64,000 bases of DNA from Tubulanus polymorphus (taxonomy: Eukaryota > Animalia > Nemertea), in NCBI RefSeq assembly GCF_964204645.1, contig NC_134029.1:10938850-11002849 (forward strand). Direction: 5' to 3'. Position numbers and translations under genes: made by a program. Shown here in pieces: positions 25,045 through 38,484 of the stretch. The notes below the pieces were generated by a model that worked only from the letters and a program-made list of their open reading frames with translations, did not search any database and was not told where the DNA came from. Each line of letters starts with the position of its first letter. The stretch's first letter is position 1.

Positions 25045-26192
25045 AGGGGTCTTGAAGAGGTTTTTAAGATATGGCTAAAAGTATTTTTTATCATCAATTA
25101 TAACCTATTTATTGATTTAGTGGTCAAGAAATTAATTTTTAATTCTTCAATTAGTCTTAAAACCATCGGCCGCGTTGATTCCTTCCCAACCCGGAAGTGT
25201 GACGTCATTCTGAGAACCCAAACCAAAACAACATGGTGTAGTGTATAGAAACAAACAGCGATAAAAGTGCAAAATAGTGACTCAAATACATCAGATTCCA
25301 ATCAAACGTCTGAAGTTTAGGAAGCCAACGGTTGTTATTAATAGACAGTCGAAATTATTCCATTTAATTTGGACCTGATGCCTCAGATCGAAGGAATTTG
25401 TGACTATAGTACAGCATATTTCTACGTCGTGGAGCAGCGAGCATTCATCATCATTTACGTCATTCCCTCTTCATAAAAACCATGCGGAGGGGATGACTGA
25501 TATAGACCTCGCAGATATTTCTGTGGGTAGAGATATTTTTATCCAGTACTGGACCCGAAAAGCGTCCTGAAACCTAAACTTGTTCGTGAATCCCAGCCCA
25601 GCCTGCGTCACCCGGCCGTGTAATAGTAACGTGTGCTGCATACATATAGTCAGTATGTATGCGAGTATCTCTTACTAGGTATTTAATTCGCAAAAATAGC
25701 ATCACTTGTCACAATAAAAGGCTCTCAAATAATAAAAACATAAGTTTTGTGTATCCAATTTCATGTGTGCTGTAATATTTGCGAGAATCCTTCTCTAAAG
25801 TGTGAAGCTAGTTTACACATAGGCCGGGTGTTTTCGCTCTTACGGTCCATCATCTTAGGGCTAAATCTTTGGTTTCGGCCACTAAAATTTGTCGCTGCCT
25901 TAGTGGGAACAGTTCATAGCTACACACAGCCAAGGCATTTCAAAAGACGGTAGAATTAGCGCGATATTCAACGAAAATGAGCATTGTATTATAACGCTAC
26001 TGAGTGAGCTGCAGGCGATGTGTTCTCAAAATGACGTCATCAACATCACCGCGCAAACGCGAGCGTCCCGTTGCTCGGGCCGTTGCTACGGGCTTTTCTC
26101 GAGTTTGGATAAAGATATTCAAAAATTCTTTCACAAGACTACTATAGATGCATACGGTAAATAAATTTTTTCAAAACCTTTTCATGACCCCT
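25045..26192. mobile_element. Non-autonomous Kolobok-type element
   Basis: TTAA at 25041-25044 and 26193-26196; TIR AGGGGTC(T/A)TGAA(G/A)AGGTTTT, 18/20 match. Confidence 0.85.
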
Positions 26193-26986
26193 TTAAACGC
26201 AGCATTTATTACTAACCCTTAACTACTGCACATGTGGAGAACATCCTTACCAGACCAAAAAAGTTGATATAACTGAATTTTCTCTTTATACCTCATAATC
26301 TAACTCAGGGCAATCTGAATAGCGTTTTTTTTTTTGTAATGAAATCGAATCAGCAATTCAATTGATATTTTATTGTTCAAGATTTGTGGACATGTCAAAG
26401 ATGAATCTCGTGAGGAAGTTGTACAATAATTGTACAACTTAACAGTAAAGTGAATGAATTTAAATTGCTGACCATTAGTCTTTTCTTGGCTATTCCAAAA
26501 ATACTAAATCTGGTGAGTCATAGTGGGTGGGCAATCATGGTAAAAGTGATCGTGAGTAAAGACAAGAACTTTGTTACTTAAATAGCGTTAAGTGCCCCTG
26601 TGTGGATATAATTCATTGCCACAGTGTTAAAGCCATTGGGATTATTTTTCTTTTCTAGAAAATCACCATTTGGGAAAATTGAGAATCACCATAAAGATAC
26701 TTCGGAATTTTGATCTTGCCTACATGTGGGAACAATGTCACTGAAACAATGCATCTATAAAAGCATAATAGAAACTTGATCATGAATGAATAATCTATAA
26801 AATACCTTGCTAGCACCGAAATTCCTTGCCCCCTTCCCCAGTAGGGCTTTTCGACATAAGTATTTGCCATGTAAAGTTCTGATCATTGTTCTGATCATTG
26901 GAACTGAGGAAATCAGGTCGCACTATGGTTCTGTAAATGAATAGGTATGACTAATAACTTGCATTGTTTTTCTTTCCCAACATAAG

Positions 26987-27088
26987 GAGGAGACATTCGT
27001 ATCGAAATTAGAAATTAAAATTAAAGTTCCAGACGATTTAAAGCCTTGGTTAATTGATGACTGGGACCAAATTACTCGACAAAAAATG
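26987..27088 (+). CDS. MORF4L1: MRG15/MORF4L1 exon (MRG domain start)
   Basis: [34 protein letters not shown]; AAG acceptor, GTAAGT donor. Confidence 0.97.
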
Positions 27089-27386
27089 GTAAGTGTTGTA
27101 GATATCTGGTTTCAATGAGATTCTGTACTACTGGGCCTTTATGCAGGTATCAATATGCTGCCCAGGCAATCACTGTTAAATTATTCTTGAAACTTTGACT
27201 AGACAAATTTGGCAAGAAAATGTTATTGTACCTACTGACTCTTTTTATATTTTTTTATGAAACGCTCTGTGTATCTACCGCTTGCTTACCTTAATTAAGG
27301 CCGGCATTGAAATCCATCCATATAGTATGCGCTAGCATATCAGCAAGCCCATGTTAAGAAATTTAGTTCTTGTTTATTATTTACAG

Positions 27387-27475
27387 CTTGTCAACCTTCC
27401 TTGTAAATTCAGTGTTGAACAGATCATTGAAGACTACATCAAACAAAAAACCTCCAAAGGCAATAATCCACATAA
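27387..27475 (+). CDS. MORF4L1: MRG15/MORF4L1 exon (MRG domain)
   Basis: TTACAG|LVNLPCKFSVEQIIEDYIKQKTSKGNNPH(K)|GTAAGT. Confidence 0.95.
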
Positions 27476-28209
27476 GTAAGTAATGTAGTACTTGTAAGGG
27501 GCCCTACAGGGTTTGTTGCGGGCCTTGATATCCTTGAATAGCCTTGAATTGTTATCACACCCAAAAATCCGAACAATAGGCTAACAATAGGCTCATCAAT
27601 TAGCCCTGCGCCAACAGTTTAATTAACAGCGTTACTTATCTTGTGTACAGAGATATAGGGCGAGCTTCCTCCTGTAAGATAATTGCTCGTAGGTTGAACA
27701 TGCCTAAATACTACACAGTGCACCAAAATTTCATCCTTACACGTTATTGCAAATCTCAGAACAAATTGATTTTCATGCTCTAAAGTAAAATGCTGTCGCA
27801 TGTAAGTTGCACTCACTTGATCCTACTGGACCCATGGTCCTTTGTAGTAATTGATACATCAGGCCTAGCTTCTTCAAACCTAGTGACTTAAGATGGATGA
27901 GATTGTCATTGGGCAAAAATGCTCTGAGCAGATTTAATACAGATGTTAGTTAGTACATGACTGGGTAACAAAAGTTCTGTCTATTAAGTAGTGATAGACC
28001 ATTTAATTTTCACTTTCTTGACTTTATTTATCACTTTCTTGACTTTATAATGGCGCTAGAGATCTGTTTGAAATTAAGCTGTGTACCGATGCTTGTCTTT
28101 CGATGTGTGATTAGTGCCATTAAAAACCTTACCAATCAAAGATGAAATGGCGAACAGAGAATTCTGTGAAACTTTCCAGTTACGTAGTTTTAATATTCAA
28201 AATTCGATA

Positions 28210-31000
28210 AAGCCCACTTGGGACTTCAGTCCCAGCGGGCTATTGCGTTCACTTTTCGTCCGTCCGTCCGTAGACGGAATCCAGTTATTTTGGGAAGTTT
28301 TGAATACGAGGTAATGTCTTGATATTTGGTTTATACATGTATCTACCCTAGACACGTCTTCAGCCCAAAAACTGGCCCTGTCAGATTCAAGATGGCCGAC
28401 TGGCAGCCATTGTTGTTCGCCGAAATCAGCACTTTTTACACATTTTCGAAGTTTTCAACCCATCAGCCCATCAACATAAAAAAAATTGGGTCGATCGGAC
28501 TCAAGATGTCCATCCTATGACCTTTTTAGTGGCCAAATTTTAGTGTGTGTAGTGTAAATTTTGGCCCGAAATTTTGGGTCCTGTAGCTTCCTACTGGTTG
28601 GTTTACCTTTGTCAGCGATATGAGGTTGGCATTGAGCCAATTCATGTAAAATCGCAGTACGTTTTTTTATGTGAGCATTTGTTTCATTGGTTCTCGGCTT
28701 AAACGACGTATAATCGATGCGATTGAAGACATGGCGAACCTCCGTCGATGTACATGGTCAACTGAGTTAAAATTCTACGAAAAACTGTTTTTGGCGGGAA
28801 AATTCTCAGCTCTCGCGTATAAAATTGCAATGACCTCGATTGGGGGGCGTCGTCTCTACGAGCGAATGGCATTGGCTGTTTTTGGGATATACGAGGAATT
28901 CCGGCGCAACAAAAGTAATTATGGGAAAGCCATAGAATGGCGTACGTTTCATTGGACTAGGTGCCGTATACGTGCGAATGTTAAATGCTCATTGCTGGTG
29001 AGGATGTAATTATTTCACACATCCGCCATAGGTATTGTTTCATTTTAATACCCGGTGATTGTTTTGATTGACATTGAAGTGTAAGCGAACATTCACTTAC
29101 ACGAGGCCTCCACCTGTGCGCGCAGTGCTACACGACACACACACAAGCTCGTACAGTTCACTACTCAAGGTGATGCTGTAACGCGTGCGCGTTTGACATG
29201 AAAATAGGCTGAATAATCGTGGCAGAAGATTAGCGCTGTGTTTTCTGTTTGATAGAATTTGTAATAAATTGTAATTTCTTGTGACCTGAAAATATTAAGC
29301 AGTAAACTAAAAGTATAGGTTGAGGTCTGAATATTGTAGCCGTAATTTCCAGGATTTAAAACGATCTAATAACCGATTTCTTCTGTACCGGTATTTTAAC
29401 TTCCGCGGCCAACATTGGAAGAGGTTTCAATGACCCAATATTCAGCCACCCTCTGATGTGTGACATCATATGAATTTTAGGCCATCCCATATTAATGTTC
29501 TGTTTGCCGTAACCTGACCGACCCGACTTCAAAGGTACCGAGTGAAAACTTTTTTTCTGAGATTAATTGAAATAAATTTTATTTTTGATAAAAACGGCCG
29601 ACCAACCAACTGCCTACGTATGAGCTACGTATTATATAAGTTTGAATTCAAGTGTGCATCGTGCGAAAACATGCCTTGTCAATGTGGCCTAATTTAAGTT
29701 TTCCAGGAAACTGGCAGTGTTCCAATAGGCTGCCATTCATTCTCATAGTGACTATATCAAAGCTGGTAACGTAAAACTGCGCACATATTCAATGTACTGT
29801 TTCATTTTTAACACAGAGATGACACTCTGGACGAAGTTATAATTTTAGAATAATTCTTGAAATCTACACTATTAGAATAATTTCCCGTGCACAACGTAGA
29901 TGATTTTTGCGATATTGTTTCCATGTAAAAAGGTGATAAATTTGTTTTTTTTTGCCCAAAAATTTAGCAAAAAAGATTTTTTCTTACCTACCGACTCATC
30001 CTGAAAAGTTGAGTCGGTGTTACGGCAAACAGACAATTATTTTGGGATGGACTTATTTGAATATTTTTTTCATATTGTGAAACATATTTTTTTTGAAAAT
30101 ATAAAATAATTTCTCTGCCACGCCTACCTGTACCCTACAAACTTTTGGACATGGCCCGTAACCAAATGTATATCTTTGGTCTTATTTGACTACAAAATAA
30201 TTTTTTAAGAAAGATAAAATACAATATAAACTTGTGGAACTTTGAAGTCACGAATTAAAAAGATTTTTCAAGCAATGCCCTTACTCCAAATAACCTCTAG
30301 CTTTCAAGGTAAACCACACTTTGCCCATGGGCAATTTATTTGCCATTTCTCATTGCAATTTGTGATGGGTATTCTTTGGAAAGGGATGTTTTATACCTGA
30401 GACATGTATTTTTGATCAGCCAATTATGGCGCAATTGGCAGCCATCTTGGCGTCATCAGTACTCATTCGTAGGTGGGAAAAAGTTTTTCCACATTATATT
30501 GATACCTAAGCATATTGTGTTACCAGAATGTATTGGAAAGTTGTAGCTCATAACGTTTTCTATGATTTTGGTGAGTTTCAAGGTCATTGCTTTTTGTATA
30601 TGGCCACCAGGGGACATTGAATAATACAATAACTTAGTATTTCTATATTATATTTGTACCTACGCATATTTTGTTACAACAATCAATTGCAAAGTTGTAG
30701 CTCATGACATTGTCTATGATTGTGGTGAGTTTCAAGGACACAAGTTATTCTATATGGTTACCAGGGGCGTTGAATAGTAGAATAACTTAGTATTTCCTTA
30801 TTAGAATGGTACATAAGGCTATTTTGTTACCATGATCCATTGCAAAGTTGTAGCTCATGACATCGTCTATAATTGTGGTGAGTTTCACAGTCATTGGTTT
30901 TTGTATATTGTCACCAGGGGCATTGAATATTGAAATTGTTAGATTGTTGAGCATTTGAAACCACTTCCCAAGTGGGCATGGAGTCCCTGGACCCCTAGTT
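28210..31000 (+). mobile_element. HINE-like element (same family as 4118-6568) split by a ~1.74-kb composite insertion (28600-30340)
   Basis: 5' subTIR/stem-loop at 28210; 3' end CCCAAGTGGGCATGGAGTCCCTGGACCCCTAGTT. CTACTGGTT|TGCCAT is contiguous in the copy at ~5603 but split here. Confidence 0.85.
29480..30052. mobile_element. PIF/Harbinger-type MITE with TTA TSD
   Basis: ~33-bp imperfect TIR GGCCATCCCA..TAAT..TCTGTTTGCCGTAAC; TTA at 29477-29479 and 30053-30055; empty site in the paralogous repeat at ~17050-17062. Confidence 0.9.
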
Positions 31001-31124
31001 GTGAAAATTTGTTCCATCCAGAAAATGCCAACCTCCCCCAGCAGGGATTCGAACCTAATGCCATCAGGTTTGAATGCCTGCCGAAGGAGGATGGAAAATG
31101 CCTGAATTCAGCAGCAGTCTATTA

Positions 31125-33454
31125 GGCTAAACAAAAATGATACCTTGTTTCTCCTAATCGACTGGATCACTTCTGTAAACTGCAATAAAATTTGTAATCA
31201 GTTCATTTCTACAGCTGCCTGGTCTATTATCATTAACTTGATCATGATTTCAATAACATGTTATGTACAGGGTACATAGGCGGTTAAGCTCAGCAGAAAT
31301 GAGAAACAAGGCACTGTATTTTTCAGTGTATAAGTTGAGTTTTTGAGACCAAAAATTTTGTCAAAAATATAGCTGCAAAGCAGCGACAACAGGTTTCTGC
31401 CTTGCTGGTTTAAATGTCGCACTGGGAAGCGCACAAAGTTTTTACCAAATAATTCTTATCAGTTTATAACATGCGACTATTTTGAAGTAGCGCAACACAT
31501 ATCCTGGATATGTGGATCCACAAGGGCTACCACGTAAAAAGTGCTGATTTACCTTGTTTGGTGCTTTCTAAGTTCCGTTGGGAGTTGCATGAATTAATCG
31601 TACCTGACGTTTCAATCTCACCCTACAGAACATCTTCATGTGTCAGATCTCTAGGGTGAGATCGAAAGGTTGTGTAAATTATGTATATTAGATTGTTCGA
31701 ATGAATAAATTTCCTGATTTTAAAATTATTTTAATTTGAATATAGTGGGTTTTTATCTTATAATCCGTTCATAATGTGAGTGTGGTTATCGTTCTACAAT
31801 CATACCCGTTGGCATAGTACTTATGTGTGTATGTCTTTATACCATTTTTTTAATGTGATCCAGCTGAAACTGAACTAAACCATGTGTACTCAATTAATGT
31901 TAACTGATTTCAACATGCATTTGTGAAGCATTTTGATAGATCACATCCCTAAAGATCTTGATTTGTGCTATTAAGAACTCAATCTTAATTTGATTAGTTG
32001 TTGTGCTGAACAAAATAACAGAGATAAGAATATATCACTGTTGCTTAGATAAAAGACATAAAATGTTTTATTGAAATATTTCAATACATACATATGTAAG
32101 TTGTAAATCATCGATAAAGCACCATTATCATTATTATTAAAATTTATATTCATTCTGGTTCTGGGCCGCTGTTGATACTAGATTTTAAGGGCTTCTAAAT
32201 CGATACTAAAAACAATGATGGACAACAAACCTAGTGAAAGTTTGTGCAGCCGAATAAACTGAGCAGTCACTTCGTTATTAAAATCAAACGCAATTTATGT
32301 TCTCTCCACTAGTATTTGAAGAACCTGGTTTACATTGTCAATTACATTGTTTCGATCAAGCTTAAATCCACTTTTAGTCACAAATTGTCAATAAGTATGA
32401 AGATTTGTAGACCGACCGGCGATAACTGGCCGAAGTTATAATGCATTAACGGATTGCGAAACCATTAACGAAGCTGAAAGACAGACACATTCAATTGAGC
32501 CAAAACAGTGTATGATATTGCGCGGCTGGGCACTGTTTGGTGAATAAAACGTTGTGACGATATCTACCATGTCGAGAATTAACCGCTTACAATAAAAATC
32601 CTGGCTGTAAGAAAATCCATATTCAAAATGACGGTACGACTATTGAAAACTATATAATATGTCCATAAACCTATACAAATCAAATAGAAACGCGAGCCAA
32701 GGCCAGTTTCAAACACGCACACTACTGAACATCAGTCCGCACGTTAACCGCTGCGCTACCGGGTCTATTCAATTAACTACTCGTAGAGCTATTATATATT
32801 AGAATTCAATGTAGCTCAGATATTAGGTTCACGCCTACGTACAATCTTGTTCGCTCTTCTGACCTGGTAAAATTCTTTAACATGATATTAATTCATAATA
32901 AATTACTATACGCAAATTCGAAATGATCAGACGCCAAGTTATATTTCTCTCTGAATTGAAAATTTTGTTTATAAGCTGTTAGTCGAATCTGAGAGGAGAT
33001 ACATTTTATGAAAGAGATCTGTCTGGAAAGTGGAAAAGGAACAATCAGGAGAATTACAATACGGTTTCTGCGAAGCAGCAGAAACCCTAAAAATGAAGGT
33101 CAACTTATACACTTTCAATATCGTTTTCAACTGACAATGTTAAGAGTTCAAGGTCACCATGATGAAATGAAATATTTACACGTGAATACAAACAATGAGC
33201 ACTTACCCGGTAATTTAATATTAGAAACAACAGATCTCAATGATAAATTGCAAACAGTGGTAAAGACTCAACTACTATGAGAATGACCTTGGCTTGGCAC
33301 TGTTTTGAAAGTGACTTATGTAAACACATGAGGAATCGATTTGTCTTATACACCGACTAAAGCTTTGGTACAACTTTTTAAACTGAAAATTTCACCTCGA
33401 CTTATACACCAGATTGACTTCTAAACCAGGAAGATACGGTATCAATTTTTAGCC
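31125..33454. mobile_element. Harbinger-like MITE whose right TIR is interrupted by a Tc1/pogo-type element (31314-33439)
   Basis: Left GGCTAAACAAAAATGATACCTTGTTTCTC; right GAGAAACAAGG|CA...TA|TCAATTTTTAGCC. Inner ends are CTGTATTTTTCAGTGTATAAG and CTTATACACC...AAGATACGG. Confidence 0.6.
32700..32766 (-). repeat. tRNA-derived fragment (SINE-like head)
   Basis: Minus strand GGTAGCGCAGCGGTTAACGTGCGGACTG...GTTTGAAAC (A- and B-box-like). Confidence 0.4.
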
Positions 33455-33930
33455 TAATAGAATTTTTTGTAATATGCGTACTGCGCGCTAGTGTGCATGT
33501 ACTGTGCTTCTTCCTCTGGTGTCCCTGGACCCATAGTTATCCTCAAAAAATGAAATGACGTCCACCATTTGCATTTGTTTACATGTGCAATAGTTCTTTA
33601 GTTTATCAGATGGTGCTAGCTGACAAAGCACTTATACGCCTCCGGTCAATTTTTAAATGAACTGCACTGCAGGTCACACATGAAGAAAGGGTTAATGTTC
33701 TCTTGAAGAAACATTCATGACAAAATAATTTGACGGCATTTGCCTTATAAGTATTCATAGCTTCAACGGTATTGTGTAGGCAATATTTTGAGCCTTTCAT
33801 TGCATCGCTGTTTCATTGTGTTCGGCACGCTAATGGGTAAAGGCCTTTTGAAAATTTTGAAGATTTATTTAATGTATGGTTTACACTGATTGATATTTTG
33901 TATTTCAATATCTTATGTATTTTTATTCAG

Positions 33931-34030
33931 AGATGCTATGGTAGAAGTCACCAATGGAATAAAAGAATATTTTAATGTGATGATTGGTACTCAGTTACTC
34001 TACAAATGGGAACGACCTCAATATGCAGAT
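33931..34030 (+). CDS. MORF4L1: MRG15/MORF4L1 exon (MRG domain)
   Basis: TTCAG|(K)DAMVEVTNGIKEYFNVMIGTQLLYKWERPQYAD|GTAAGC. Confidence 0.97.
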
Positions 34031-34670
34031 GTAAGCACTATTACTTTTCTTCATAATCTTTAGTGCTCTATGGATTAGTCCTATGAATGTGAATCTCAAG
34101 AAGTTTTTTTTAACCATATACAAGAATAATGATTTGGTGTTTTCTTAGTTTTGCTTGAAGCCACTCAAATTCATTTTTAACTCGAGCGTAGATAGAATGG
34201 ATTGGATTTTTGTAGCCAAATCGACACATTTCAATCTTAAAAAAACCGCAGCTGGTACATGTGCACTGATAGTTGCTGACTGACAAGTACCTTTGGTTTC
34301 AAAAAGTGAGCGTTAGGAATTTTGCTAAGGTGTTAACTCTTTGAGATATTATCGATTTGATGAATAAGTTTGGTACCAAAAATAGCAAAAAGAAATCTGG
34401 TTGATTTGATTTTCGCGGGATTTTGTTTCTTGAATCAGAAGTGACACGGTCATATGATGTCACAGTATAGATATGATGAAAATATTAATAAAAGATGGTT
34501 CTTACAGCTTTGAATGGTAAGTATTGGACAAATAAATTCACGGCCCTTTGACTGGATTGTTGTTGAAAAATCGATTTATCGTAACACTTTTCCAAATTGA
34601 TAGCTGAACAGTTCTGGAATTTTCAAAAGCTATACCGTCAAGCCCACTATGAAGTCAGATCTCTTTTGAA

Positions 34671-34701
<31 letters not shown>

Positions 34702-34775
34702 CGCATACACACACACATACACATACATACGCACATACACACGCACATACACACACGCACACATGCACACACATA
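34671..34775. repeat. Compound (TACA)n/(CA)n microsatellite
   Basis: Directly visible. Confidence 0.95.
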
Positions 34776-35026
34776 CGATGACTTGTTAGAAACTTGGTTA
34801 AAAAATCTGACTTCGAAGTGAGCTTGACTGAATGCAGCACGTCAGCAAAATGTTTCGTCAATCTACCTTAGTGAAAGAACATACAATAGTAGAACACCAA
34901 ATAGTAAATTTAAAACCCACTATATACAAATCTAAAAGGCAAATTCATTACTCAAGAATAACAGAGAGTCAAAACATTATGTCTCTTACTTATAACCCTT
35001 GAGCAATAAATTCCGCAATAAATCTT

Positions 35027-37745
35027 TTACATTTCTATATTCACTAAACTTTCCCTATTCAAAGCTCTTGTTGCAGCAGCTTTCATTGCACCTTTCATGC
35101 AGGCCTTGTTAACAGTGCATAGATGGCTATAATAATGAAGTACTCTACCAGGTTCAAGACAACATGGGTGACTCGCTAATGTTTCCTGATCAAGCTGAGC
35201 AATTTCAATATCCTGTTTTGTCCTTTTCCATTCCTTATGAACATTCACTTTATTTTCATTGAAAATTTGCTGAATTCCGTTAGTGGTAACTGACCAATAT
35301 CTAATTCATCAGCCGACAGTTTCAAAGCATCTTCATAGGTGCGGAAATGGCCATAACAGGGATCGCATTTTGAACAGTGACTCGGACCTCTTGTAGGCCC
35401 TGGGCCATGGGAAAAATGTGACTGGAGGACTACCAGGTAAAAACTTAGTTCAGAAAGATCAATTCTATTTGAGCACCTTTCAGGGCTGCCAACCCTCCCG
35501 AATTATTCGGAATCCTCCCGATTTGCGTGAAGAAATTCCGACGATACAATCGGGTATACAAAATTCCGACTTTTTTTTCTTTTTCGGCGATGTCCGATTT
35601 TCCACCCGCCAGCGCGTTGTAACACAATATGATGATTTGGTAGAACAGAATTGAATAGGTGGGGAATTTATATGCACGCCCGCGGTGGATGAGTGCGTGG
35701 CTATATACTGTGTACGTGGGTCAGGCGATAAACAGCGCTTACTAGCGCGCGCGTGCGTGCGTGTGTGTGTATGAGAGTAGCTGTGTTATTGATTTTATCT
35801 ACGCATGGCGTACGATTATTTCGTAGTAGGAGAGCAGCTTTTTAATTTGTTTCAAGAATAAAAATAAAGTTCATTCGTTTTAAAATACGTTGTTTTCAAT
35901 CATTTTTGTGAAAATATTATTACATGTGGCAAAATGTGATTGTTATTGTCAAATTGCTCCGCATCGTTTCGGAGAAGAATCAGTTTACTGCGGTAATTAG
36001 CTCGTTTTCGCAGCGCGATTAGCATTCGAAGATCCGGGTTAGATTTCAACGTGTGGACTCTTTGAAATGTTTCGGTAAGCAATTGCTTTGCTAGTTTGAA
36101 CCTTAATGTTGTCACTCTTGTGTTAGTTTGATTTAAAAAGATAATTTAAGATGCTTTTGAGCAGTGCATCTCAAAGTAAACTTTTAGTTCGCATATTTGG
36201 CAGATGGCAGCACCATCGAGTAGCATGTAGATTTAGAGACTTTTTACTGTTTGTATCTTTCAGTTCTGTACGTGGAGTCTCTCTTGGACAGTATCGTGGA
36301 ATTGATGCTGGAAATGGATATATTCGCATGACAGCTGTATAGTGTTATGTAATTCGTTTGACAATTTATGCCAGTTTTATGTTCTTATTTTTTAGTCTAT
36401 TGTATATTTTTGATAAACACTGTTGATTTTTATCTTTCATAAAATAATAAAGAAAAAATACATTCTGTAGAATTTGCTGATTTTTTATTTTGCTAATAAT
36501 TCCATATTTTCATATCCAGCTTTCATATATTACACGTGAAAGGTATTCCTAATTGAAAGCAAAATATTCCTACTTGGAAAAGTCACAATTTCTTCGGTTT
36601 CGATATATTCCTATTGAAACCTTCAATATTCCTAATTAATCTGCCATTAATCCCTAAATGGAATTTTGAAAGGTTGGCAGCCCTGACCTTTGGTGAACAC
36701 AACCATCTTTAAAACAACAAATTAATGCAAAAACGTATTTATTGCTAGGCACTCTGTGGGCATCTATAACATTCAAAACATTATAAAAATGGGCCAATCT
36801 TGGCTATTCACCCCATAATTGGCATATTTTTCCTCTCAATAAATCTTTGTTCTTCTCAGAAGCTTTCAGGTACACTAAAAAGAACGGTCGGCGTTCCACA
36901 TATTCCGACCGCTTTGAAAAGCTTTATGGTATTATCCTTGTAATACACATTGCCAATTCCTTTGATGTAGACATCAATAGCTGTATGCATGTTTGCATGA
37001 ACACGTTCAAGATCTATTCCACTAGTTGCTGGGTTTTTATTTGGCCCCGATCTCTTGGACGAAATAAATTTGCCTGGGCATGAGTTAATTGCCCGTTCAT
37101 GTGTTTTACCTGATTAAGGTAAGATCCACCACTATATCTAGTGGTCACATGTTGCATGTTTATTCTGTAGCAGATGCCATTCACCCCAATTGAACTGCTG
37201 CTCTTTATGGGCTGGATTTTAATCCCCCCACCATAAACTCTGATGCAATCAATATTTTTTGTTGACTTATCGGACAGAAAAAAGGTGTGCATTTCCATGA
37301 GCATTCGGATATCGTTCGCATGCTGAGATGACGACTTATCCAATAATTTAAGTGATTTTACAATGCCAGCATAATCTTCCATCGTCGAGCTAGACTCAGT
37401 AAAATGGTAAGAAGTCACTTGTAGGACAGATTGCTCCTGATTCGTAAAATCTGTGTGGGTTGCCTTTTTCTTCGGAGCCAGATACCATCAGTTTTTTTAA
37501 CTGGCTTGAAGTAGCGAGAGCATTTAGGTGGAATCCCGCTGCATCATCCCTATTCAAGTAGGAGATATTTGTGTTGTCATTCTCCATTAGAGCATCTGAA
37601 GATATATACGTGGCATTAGACCAGTGGTCATCAATATTTACGAATTTCAGAATTTGTCATCCACGTCAAGTTGCTTTCAGAAATGCTGTGGATGGCGGAA
37701 GCGACCCATAGCAAGTCTAGCTCTCACCACAGCAAGTGCCTATCT
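35027..37745 (-). pseudogene. Fossil transposase of a Zator-related DDE family, interrupted by a hAT-type MITE
   Basis: Frameshifted motifs in order: DDHWSNATY, NRDDAAGF, THTDF..LQVTSYHF, CIRVYGGG(DENP), VTTRYSGGSYLNQV, LICCFKDGCVHQRC, CSKCDPCYGHF, KGAMKAAATR. Confidence 0.65.
35481..36685. mobile_element. hAT-type non-autonomous element with 6-bp TSD
   Basis: 14-bp TIR CAGGGCTGCCAACC; ACCTTT at 35475-35480 and 36686-36691. Confidence 0.88.
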
Positions 37746-38484
37746 TGAAAACAATACCCGGTTGAATATGTATTCCATAAACATTGAAAACTAATTCTAT
37801 TTGAGAGTCAATGTTATTTGGTTACTTGACTTAAACATTTAAATGTATATAAAATCAATTATAACATTGTCAACAATATTTGTAAAAATTAAACTCTAAA
37901 AATGCAATCATTAGAGTTGGGTCAGTTCATAATGATATGGAATTGAAATTGAATAATTGATTACTACATCATTGAAAGAACTTATAACATAGTTATATTC
38001 TAATAAGCTATAATTTCTCAAAGATAGAATATGGAACTGTGCATAACTATAAAATGAAACTACTGAAGGAATGAATATTGGGCCTACATGTATTGGAATT
38101 AAAAATTCAAATCAAAATTCATGTTAATAGCAGTTGTTTTGTTAGGTGGCAGCACTGTACGGAAATAGTTGTTGGTGCTAGCACAGGAATTTTGCTAGGT
38201 AGCAGCACCGTACGGCATACAGTTAAGGCATCAGCAGCTGTAACTATTGATTTCATGTCAAACTTTTCAGAATTTTTACTGAATTTTAGATACAAAATCT
38301 GGTGTCAGTGATTGAAATTGTCAACGGCTTTCTAAAGAAATTTAATAGATGGCATTTTGAAGCCGTCGGTACAAAGATATGTCAACGACTATGTTCTAAT
38401 ACATCGTCGGCCAAAGCCATTGATTGAAATTCGAACCCTGATTTACATCGAAGTTATTGATAAAATAGATGCTAATGTTTCACT

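Noticed and set aside
28671-29009. 112-aa ORF as a novel gene
   Set aside because: Lies in an interspersed repeat; the paralogous copy at ~7550-7890 has stops and indels; no recognisable motif.
34597-34861. His/Thr-rich and Cys/Val-rich ORFs
   Set aside because: Translations of the CA/TACA microsatellite.
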